64,000 bases of DNA from the human T2T-CHM13v2.0 reference genome, Homo sapiens: NCBI RefSeq assembly GCF_009914755.1, contig NC_060940.1. One strand, 5' to 3'. Position numbers and translations under genes: made by a program. The notes below the pieces were generated by a model, which made no database searches, was not told where the DNA came from, and worked only from the letters and a program-made list of their open reading frames with translations. Each line of letters begins with the position of its first letter. The stretch's first letter is position 1. Below, piece by piece: positions 55,247-64,000 of this stretch.

Positions 55247-55819
55247 CTGGGGAGGGGGAAAGAAGAACCCCTGAAGTTCAGCCAGATCTAAGCGAGGTGT
55301 TTTCTACGGCAGCGCCTTGGACTGGGAGGTTTAAGCCTGGAAATGGACTTGATAGTTACAGACTCACGACATTGTAGTGGGTAGGAGGCTATCAGGGGCT
55401 TCAGGTGGGGGCGCTGGGACTCACTAAGGTCTCCTAAGACCAAGCAGAGTGAGAAGGGCTTCACACCTCTTCCCTTTCCAGAGCCTTTGGAACTCCCAGC
55501 ATCAAGGAGGGGAGACCACTAATACACTGATCCTCCCTGGGAGGTGACATTTCTCACAATAGCTCAGGGGTGATATCTTTGTGGGACAACATCAGGAGAA
55601 TTGTGCTCTAGTTTTGTCTCTCCCATGCATTTATGGGGTGACCTTGGGTGAATTCCTTTTACACTCTGCGTCCCAATCCGCCAGGTCTAAGTGAGCGGAG
55701 TGATTTCTACATGAGTCTTGCAGCCCTGACATGCCAAGATTCTACCACCTGCCTCTCCCAGGCAGTTGCTGTTGTGTTGCCCTGATGAAAGATCTCAAGG
55801 ATGCAACATAGATGAACAC

Positions 55820-56000
55820 TGGTAATAGTTATTTAGTTCTCCCAGTGTTCCAGGCACTGTTTTAAGTACCTTTTGTATATTAACTCATTTAAGCCTCAGA
55901 CTAGTCCCATTAGGTAGGTTCTATTATCTCCATTTTACAGATGAGAAAACTGAAGCCTAGGCAGGTTAGAGAACCTGACCAAGGTTACATAGCCAGGTAG
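55820..56000 (-). mobile_element. MIR
   Basis: ccaggcactgttttaag...aactcatttaa...gtaggttctattatctccattttacagatgagaaaactgaagc. Confidence 0.8.
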
Positions 56001-56228
56001 ATCCATGCCATGTGGTGCTTATACACAAGTATATTATAAGCAACAGTCCCAGACCTCAATGTACCAAAAGGCAGTCATCACCGCCCCCACTAGGTACATG
56101 AGGAAACTGAGGCACTCAGACTCTGGGATGACACAGCTCTCAAGTGACAGAATCAGAGCCAGCAAAGATGACTTCTTGATTCCATCCTGGGAAATTTTCC
56201 TAAGATCACCAAGTGCAAGAGGAATAAC

Positions 56229-56259
<31 letters not shown>
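56229..56259. repeat. (AAT)n microsatellite, ~10 units
   Basis: aataataat... directly visible. Confidence 0.92.
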
Positions 56260-56260
<1 letters not shown>

Positions 56261-57359
56261 ATTCCAATGTGAAGAAAGGAAAAAAGAACTCACTGGTCTT
56301 CAGATAAATGCAAATTAAAGAGGAAAATAATATTGCTGGTATTGTTATTATTATTTTGCCTATACAATAGCCAAAAATATTTTTAATAATCCCAAGCATT
56401 GCCAAGAGTCTGCCAAATGGAGATGTTCATACGTCAATGGGAGGAGTGTAGTTGGAATATTTTGGGAGGGAAATCAAACAAGAAATATATACTCTTTGAC
56501 TCAGAAATGTCATTTCTGAGAAGTTATCCTAAACTATTCATGAATGTGCATAAATGTTTCACATTCATGATGTTATATTATTAAAAACATCATATATAAC
56601 TTAATGACCCCAAATAAAAGCTTGGGGAAATTAATTATGGTTCAATACCCAATGTAATGCAGCTTTTAATACCAGGCTGTGCTATTTAATGGCATGGAAT
56701 TATGCTCATGATATACTTATAAATGAGCAAAGCAGGCATCCAAATTATCTCAATATAGCATTCCCTTTTAAAGAAAGAAAGTATATCAACAGGCAAAAAA
56801 ACTGGAATACAAACAATATATTACATCATAATGCTTTACCATCTAAAATACTGATAGTTGTTCTCTCTGGGTGGTGGAATATTGTATGTGATCTTAATTT
56901 TCTTACTTTCCTTTCTCTGTATTTCCTAAATTTTCTGTAATAAGTATATATTACATTTGCACTCAGAAAATAAAAACAGTAAACATTATTTTTTAAAAAA
57001 GGGAAGAAAAGAAGGCGGCCACTGGTGGGCTGCTGGAAAGCCTCCGAACACCTGGCTGCTGAGATGAGCAGGGTCTGCTCTGATGTCTGTAGGGTCCTTC
57101 CTACCCTGGGGAGTGATGGTGAGGCCAATTAGAACCTTTGGGCTTTTCTTCCCAGCTTGGCCAGGTTGAATGGACACACCTTCCATTGTTCTCCTCAGGA
57201 ATAGGCACACCTGAGAGTTGAGCACTTGCCGAGTGGACACCTCAGTACACTTGCCACCCACACACCTCCTGGCCCACTCCTCTCCCCGACTATGTCAAAA
57301 TTCAAGACAGCAGAATTCATGGGATCCTTCCTTCTGATCTCCCTCACCTGCTTAACTGC

Positions 57360-57560
57360 TTCTTTGTTTCCAAGGCACTTTTCCTGTTCTATCATATCAC
57401 ATAATCCACGGAGTAATTTGCATATTGTTCTTATCTGTCTCCCCCTGCTAGAATGCACGCTCCAGGAACCTAGGGATCTTTGCTTTTTCACTAATGGATC
57501 CCAAGAACCCAGAACACGCCTGGCACACAGCAGGTGCTCAATAAACATGTGTTAAATAAT
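57360..57560 (+). mobile_element. L2 3' end
   Basis: ccccctgctagaatgcacgctcc...agaacacgcctggcacacagcaggtgctcaataaacatgtgttaaat. Confidence 0.75.
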
Positions 57561-57717
57561 GGACTCCAGAATGCTGTGAGAGTTCTGGAATGTTCTTAAG
57601 GATCTACAAAGATCTTAAGGAGTCCAGAGCAAAGGATCAGCCCATCAGGGGACTGCCTTGACTCCTTCCTGCATCACTTTGAGGTAAACATCCCCAAGGA
57701 CACATGCCGCAGCTTAC

Positions 57718-57925
57718 ATAGGAGGGTACGAGGTGGCATTCTTCACAAAGCTCCATGGTTCTGCAGGCTGCGGTGGAGTAAACCTCAGGGGTCCAAGAGG
57801 CGGCTTGGCAAAAGGGATTCCCAGGAAAATGGCCACAGGCTGTGCAAATCCTTCTAAGCTGACGAACTTCCCCAGCACTTTGCCATGCACGGTGTCCACC
57901 ACAGGTGGCGAGGACGGATGCCCTG
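57718..57925 (-). CDS. CES1: Carboxylesterase 1 exon 2 (alternative start 57922)
   Basis: tccag|CAG|GGCAT...CCTAT|gtaag; [67 protein letters not shown]. Confidence 0.95.
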
Positions 57926-59473
57926 CTGGACATGGAGAATAAATCAGGATGCATCAGAGGCAAAAGGCTGGACCCAGATTCCAGGTGGAGTTTGCCGCTT
58001 TCTAAGTGAGTGACCTTAAATAAGTCACCTAAACCCTCTAGGCCTCAGTTTCTCTTGATGTACAATAGGGATGACGATCAATGTCCTCCCTAACCCATTG
58101 AGCTGGTTTAATGGGCAAACTAGAATTGGAGGCATAAAAACATCCAGCTAAAAATAAATGCAAGAAGGAGAGCTACTAGGAAAGAACAAGACATTTAGCT
58201 TCCCCCTTAGAAGTCTCTGGAAACATTTATCCATTAGAATCCTGGCACTGAGCCGCATGCTGGATGAGAGGATGAAAAAGGGGTGTCCCATATTCTCACA
58301 AGCACTGACCATTATAGGGAAGGGTCACATATACACCTGGGGCTACAGCTGGGAAGGAAGTGGCCATGTCCTGGGAGAGGTACCCATAAGGCAGTCTAGG
58401 AATTAGAAGAGGGGGCAAGGCCTTCTGATTGCGGGCATCATGGAGGAGCTGGGACTTGCGGCAGGGGAGGACTGAATGAGGGGAGATGAGAAGCAGAGAG
58501 TGGTACACAGCAGAGAGAAGGGAATTTGCTGAGGCTCAGAGCAGCAGAATGCAGAGCCTGCCTGGGGAAGGGGGCATGGCCCACATGCACCAGGTGGAGT
58601 CTGGGGGGAGTGGAAAATATTCCTGGAATGAGACCGCACATGTCAGGGAGGGCTTAGAATGCCAGGCTAAGCGCTTGAGTTTTCTTTAATGGACAAATAA
58701 GCAGCAGGAACCGTTCCAGATAAAGGATGTGATCAGGTCAAGGAAGATTCTTCTGGTGGCCCTGGGCAGGTCTGCTCCATTCTTGCAGCACGGACAATGT
58801 TTCCTCACTGAGCTGAAATTCATTTCCCACAGCCTCCGCATCAGTTCTGGTTCTACCTGTCATGGGACTATACTGGCCTGATCTGATCTGCAGCCTGTGG
58901 CCTTTCAGACACTTGATCTTGCTGCCCACCCCTCAGGTCCTATCTGGCTCCAGTCACCTCAGTTTCTCTGAGCTTCCCTCCTAGGAAATGATTTCCAGCC
59001 TCTTGTCCTCCCAGCTGCTCTGCTTTGGATACAGACAAGACGTCAACACCTCCCTCAAAGTGTGGGGCTAGAGCAGAACAGAACAATTCAGATTTGGTCT
59101 TAAAGGGGAATATCCAATCACAATGGAAACCCATTATGGAAAGCCCAGTTACACAACAGCATCCATGTCTCATCTTATTAATAGCCAACCCTGCAATGTC
59201 AATATTTAGCTTCTTTTCTTTTGTTGTTGTTGCTAATTACAAATAATACTGCGATGAACTTCCTTGGAAGCATGTTTATCGACATAGCAATGGGTGGTGG
59301 CATTACATGTGGCCTGTTTTCTTGGTGATTTCCACCTTTTCAGCACTGTATGGGATTTCCGGTCTTCACCTGAAATCCTCCCCCCCATCTTAATTATTTT
59401 AAAATTTTAAATAAAAAAAGAAAAAATATGTAGAAATATGATGATGTCTAAAAGGTATTTTGAAAGACTTGGA

Positions 59474-59646
59474 GACCAGGCACAGTGGATAACCTGTAAT
59501 CCCAGCACTTTGGGAGGCCGAGGCAGGCAGATCATTTGAGGTCAGGAGTTCAAGACCAGCCTGGCCAACATGGTGAAACCCCCTCTCTACTGAAAATACA
59601 AAAATTAGCTGGGTGTGGTAGCATGTGCCTGTAATCCTGGCTCCTC
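59474..59646 (+). mobile_element. Alu, left monomer plus start of right monomer only
   Basis: cctgtaatcccagcactttgggaggccgaggcaggcagatca...aaaatacaaaaattagctgggtgtggtagcatgtgcctgtaatcc, then an abrupt switch to microsatellite. Confidence 0.88.
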
Positions 59647-59648
59647 CA

Positions 59649-59890
59649 GAGAGAGAGAAGAAGGAAAGAAGGAAAGGAAAGATGGAAGGATGGAAGGAAG
59701 GAAGGAAAGAAGGAAGGAAGGAAAGAAGGAAGGAAGGAAGGAAGGAAGGAAGGAAGGAAAGAAGGAAGGAAGGAAGGAAGGAAGGAAGGAAGGAAGGAAG
59801 GAAGGAAGGAAGGAAGGCAGGCAGGCAGGCAGGCAGGCAGGCAAGTGGGAGTGAGGGAGGGAGGGAAAGAAAAGAAAGGAAAAGAAAAGA
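59649..59890. repeat. Purine-rich (GGAA)n/(GGCA)n microsatellite in intron 1
   Basis: GGAA runs of 4, 3, 8 and 13 units (59692-59815), then (GGCA)7. Confidence 0.95.
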
Positions 59891-61429
59891 CTTGGTCCCT
59901 GACCAGAGGTGGGGGAAATGGAAGGGAAAGAAGACCAAAGAGCTGGCTTGTAATGCTGGATCCCTGTTTACACAGGCTCGGTGGAGATGTGAGTGGGATA
60001 TCCAGGCAAGATGATGCCACAGGATGAGCGCACTTCAAAGCTGGAAGGAAGCCTGGTGAGGGAGCAGGGCAGAATCTTCTCCTGGACTGTGAGGGTACAT
60101 ACGGTGGATGTGTATGGCTTCATTGAAGATGCCAGTGTGAGAGGGAAGAGAAAAAAAAACAAAGGTCAAACACAGGGACCACTACGGCCAAGACCAAAGA
60201 TCCATCAGAATAGGGGAGAGAGAACGTTCCCATGTCTTTGAAGCCCAGGGAGCAAGAGGGCGAGGAACCAACTAAGAGTGCTGAGGGCTTCAGGGAGGTG
60301 GAGGAGAGTCAAGTCAGAGAAGAAACCACTGGGCTGGTCATTCTCAGCTCAGGGATTCCCTTCAACAGGATGAGGTGGATGGCAGCCAGATTGCCAAGGG
60401 TGAAAAAGTGGGTGAATGGGGGGAGGCAGAAACAAGTGTGAGAACAAGACCAGTTGCTGCTGATGTTATATGAAGCACGAACATGGTGGGCACCTACTAT
60501 GTGCCAGGCATGCATTCCAGTTTTTTAAATTAATCTTCAAATAAGCCTTGCTGGGTAGGCATCAACATGCCCATTTTACAGAGGAGGAAACTGAGGAAGT
60601 GGAGGCAGCCTGTATGGTCTTCCTAAGGAAGGAAATGGATGGCATTGCCAGGAGTAACCAGAGGTAAAGGAACATTCAGTTCCAAATAGGCTTCCTCTCT
60701 TCTCTGCCCTTCCCCACAGTTCCAGAGCTCTCGCAGTGTCAGGCTGCCAGAAGGAAGACAGGATGCAGACGGGGCTGGGCTGTCAGGATTCAGGACCCAG
60801 AGACAGACCTAGGCGTGATTTTCGGGTTGACCCTGGGCAAGTACATTTCCCTGTGTGAGTCTCAGTTTCTCTGTCTATAAAATGGCATGGGGGTATTTCG
60901 AGGCCCCTCGCTGCACCCCTCTATGTACCATCTGTTTTGCTTTCTGTATTCTGATGTTCTGGCATCTGAGGCCTTGTTGACCTTGGAGAAACTGTCCCTC
61001 CCAGGGTCCAGCCACCCCAGAGCCCACACCCCAACTGCCTCTTTGATCGGGTTGCCATGCCCTGGCCACTACCCACCTGCCCTAATCATGCCAGGGCTAG
61101 GTACAAAACAATTAGGAACAGCCCCTGTGCCCCAGAGCCCCTGAAGTATCCCAACTTGCCAGTCCTCAGCCTGCCTGCCCTGCCTTTCCTCTTCTATCCT
61201 TGGAAGCCACAGTAAAAGCCCCTTGGCCTCAGATCCGCCCTGTCCCCTCCCCAGGCTCTGCTGCTTCCCCTTGTGCCCCGCGCACTGGTGTCCCCCTCCT
61301 GTTGAGAACACGAGTAAGAAACTGTCTTTTTAATGGCAAGAGGTCCTGATATAGTGGCCTGACCACAGCTCAAATTTTCTATTCATACACTACGTTTTTA
61401 AACAGCGCCTTTATTTATCCATCCCTTTT

Positions 61430-61660
61430 TCGTGCTTTCTACATACCAGGCGCTGCCAAGAGTGCTTTAGAAACAGCCACCCATTTCCTCCTCACCAAAG
61501 CCCAGTGAGGTAGGCAGCACTGCCACCTCTGTTTCAGAGAGGGGGTAACCCAAGCACGGAATAGCGCAGTCCCTTGCCTAAGGACACACAGCGAGGAAGC
61601 GCCCAGCGGGGACTCGAACCCACGCACTCTGGCTCCAGAGTCGATGCTCTTAATATTATG
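61430..61660 (-). mobile_element. MIR with retained CpGs, next to the CpG-rich region
   Basis: ccaggcgctgccaagagtgcttta...gtgaggtaggc...cttgcctaaggacacacagcg...gggactcgaaccca...tctggctccagagtc. Confidence 0.65.
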
Positions 61661-62260
61661 TTGAGCCGCTCTCCGTGATCCAGCCGTAAGGGGACTAATT
61701 AAGGGACAGCAAACTGAGCTGCCTAAATTTCTCGTGTGTGCGGCCTGAGGTGGGCCGGCTGTCGGCCTGCATTTGGGCGAGCAGTACAGGGCGATCTCAG
61801 GATGTTCACCCTCCCTGCGTCTCCGCGCGGGCCAGGCTGGCCGGGCTCAGCTGCTCCAAGTCCAAGTCCTAATATGGAAGTCGTGCCCCGCCGCAGAGCC
61901 GGACCTGTTGTGTCTTTGCCTTTCTACGCATCTGCGCCCACCTCGGCCCAGAACAAGGATTTCAAAAAGTGCCCCGCATATTTGACTTCAGAAGGACTCA
62001 CCCCAAGCCGCGGAAGCAGCGAGAGTGGCCAGGACAAGAGCAGGGAGCCACATCCTGGAAGGGCGACAGTTCCGGGGGCCTGCGAGGTCTCCGTGCAGCT
62101 CAGAGGGACTGTGCTGTCCAGCCCTGGCGCCCAGCCCCGCCCAGAGTTACCGCCCTGCGCTGCCAATTGCCTAATCCTCTAATTGGGAGAGATCAGAAAA
62201 GCCCTCCCTTTCCTCAGATCTCCCTGGGCTTCTAGTGGGGCCTCAGGCCACGCCCACCCA
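61540..62260. promoter_or_regulatory. CpG-rich region over exon 1 and start of intron 1
   Basis: Visibly higher GC and CpG density than the rest of the window; obs/exp not computed. Confidence 0.6.
62002..62053 (-). CDS. CES1: Carboxylesterase 1 exon 1 coding part (signal peptide, CES1P1/CES1A2-type)
   Basis: ccaggATG TGG CTC CCT GCT CTT GTC CTG GCC ACT CTC GCT GCT TCC GCG GCT TGG G|gtgagt = MWLPALVLATLAASAAW. Confidence 0.95.
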
Positions 62261-62350
62261 CAGTTTACCCTCTTTCATCAAACCAGTCTGGACTCTACTG
62301 TCAGATTACAGAGAGCTGTAAACTTGCCCAACTACTTGTTACATAAGGGT
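62054..62350 (-). promoter_or_regulatory. CES1: 5'UTR and TATA-less proximal promoter with GC boxes and a C/EBP-like site
   Basis: TGGGCGGGGC at 62134-62143 (about -84 from ATG), GGGCGG at 62150-62155, GGGCGTGG at 62248-62255 (about -197), CCAAT at 62163-62167, TTATGTAA at 62339-62346 (about -290); no TATA box seen. Confidence 0.75.
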
Positions 62351-63209
62351 TCACCCTTGCAGGACTCTAACCTCAGTGCACTGTGACGGCCCCCAAGGGC
62401 CCACACCAGCAGGCAGATGCTTTTAGGCAAAGGGAAGCTTTGATCTGAGGTCCTCAGAAACAACTGGAAAATGTTAGAGCCACTCACACCTCACAGCTCA
62501 GCTGGGTAAGTTAGGACATATCTCAGCTCCCAGGGCTTGTGTTTTCATAGCTTTCCAGGCTCTCAAGCTTGGAAGCGATCTTAAATTTCATCGAGTCCCC
62601 TTTCTGAGGCCTGAATTAGCTTCACAATATCCTGCCAACTGGTCCAGCCTCCTGTCACACACCATCGGTGTCAGAGAACTCACTACTTTCCAAAGCAGGG
62701 ATTTTTGGACAGAATGTAAAAATGAACTCCGTCCCCCCATAGTCCCTGGCTGTTATCATCCATCCATCCAAGTACCCATCCATTTTGTGAACATTTACCA
62801 AAATGCTTGGCACCTGGCCATGTATAATGGATACAAAGACCAATTCAAGACATGGTTCAGCTTCTCAAGGGGCTCACCATTGTAGACAAGACAGATGGGG
62901 TGGAGGAGCAGTAGGGGTGATGTCAAGGCAATGTGAAATCACCAAATTAAGGGGATACAGAGTGCTGTGGGCACACCTGGAAAACTGTCATTTACAAGCT
63001 GCTGGGGACACAAGGAAGTCACTCAAAGCCTCTTTCATGGGATTATTAAATGTCCAACAATAGGGAATTCACTAAACACACTGTGGTACCGCTGGCTAAG
63101 GAAATACGATGTATTCACTCAAAATAGTGATGTGCACAGCTATTTATTAACAATGAAGACAGGATGCGTTGTGAAAGGAGAAAATAACAGGTTATAAACT
63201 GTTGTGCGG

Positions 63210-63790
63210 TGTAGGCAGTTCCTCAAAAAGTTCAACACAGAGTTTCCATATGACCCAGCAATTCCCCTCCTAGGTGTCTACCGAAGAGAACTGAAAGCAT
63301 GTCCACACAAAAGCTTGTACACAAAGAGCAGTGTCATTCATCCTAGTCAAAAAGTGGGCACAACCCGCATGTCCATGACCTGATGAATGTGTAAATGAAG
63401 TGTGGTGTATGCGTGCAGAGGCATATCATCCAGCCATAAGAAGAACATGCTACAACGTGGATGAAGCTGGAAAACATCATGGTAAAGGAAAGAAGCCAGC
63501 CACAAAAGGCCACATGTCGTATGATGCTTTTTATATGTAATTTCCAAAATAGTCAAATCCATGGAGACAGAAAGTGTTTGACAGGGTCTGGGGAAGGGGA
63601 AAGAGACGGGGATGAGGAGTGACTGCTAATGGGCATGAGTTTTATCTTGGGGGTGGTAAAAATGTCCTGGGATTAAATAGTGATGATGTTAGTGCAACTT
63701 TGGGAATATACTAAACACCACTAGATTGTACACTTTAAAAAGGTAAACTTTATGACATGTGACTTATATTTCAATAAAATAATGAAATAT
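63210..63790 (+). mobile_element. Old L1 (L1MB/L1MC-like) 3' fragment upstream of the promoter
   Basis: ggcagttcctcaaaaag...ccatatgacccagcaattcccctcctaggt...ttgtacactttaaaaagg...tttcaataaa. Confidence 0.8.
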
Positions 63791-64000
63791 TTTTGAAAAT
63801 CTAGATAGGTATAATATGGTCCCGTTTTGGTAGTAACATATGTCTTTATTTGCATGGGAAAATATTGGAAGGCTATATATCTAATTAGAATTACAACAGC
63901 CATTTCCTGGCTGTAATCTTGTCAGTGTTTCACTTATTTGCATTTTCCACTTTTATTCCTTCATACATTCATTGACAAATATTTACTGAGAGCTTACTGT

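Noticed and set aside
59399-60038. Overlapping 130-180 aa ORFs (FLPS / RKEG repeats)
   Set aside because: Translations of the GGAA microsatellite and Alu.
61600-61625. tRNA-like B-box motif (gggactcgaaccc)
   Set aside because: It lies in the tRNA-derived head of a MIR; no cloverleaf.

Overview
Human genomic DNA from the carboxylesterase 1 (CES1) locus (16q12.2 by recognition of the gene). About 86% of the window is one near-perfect inverted repeat: left arm 1-27309, right arm 27616-54930, with a ~306-bp asymmetric spacer. The repeat probably continues past the left edge. The left arm carries exons 4-14 of a + strand CES1 copy. The right arm plus 54931-62053 carries a complete, intact 14-exon - strand copy (1707-nt CDS, 568 aa; catalytic GESAG/E/H triad, C-terminal HIEL). 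The copies lie tail-to-tail ~8.7 kb apart. I found only five arm differences by eye, which fits the known CES1A2-bearing haplotype rather than the diverged CES1P1/CES1A3 pseudogene. The complete copy has a CES1A1-type promoter but a CES1P1-type 5'UTR/exon 1 (MWLPALVLATLAASAAW), i.e. probably the CES1VAR hybrid allele; this rests on recalled reference sequences and needs an alignment. The rest is typical human interspersed repeats. I see no new biological system and the duplication itself is known. The most worthwhile details are the palindrome apex anatomy (break inside an Alu tail), the hybrid exon 1, a long GGAA array in intron 1, an in-frame cryptic donor after exon 6 and several old intronic duplications. 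Repeat subfamily names and boundaries are by-eye estimates.
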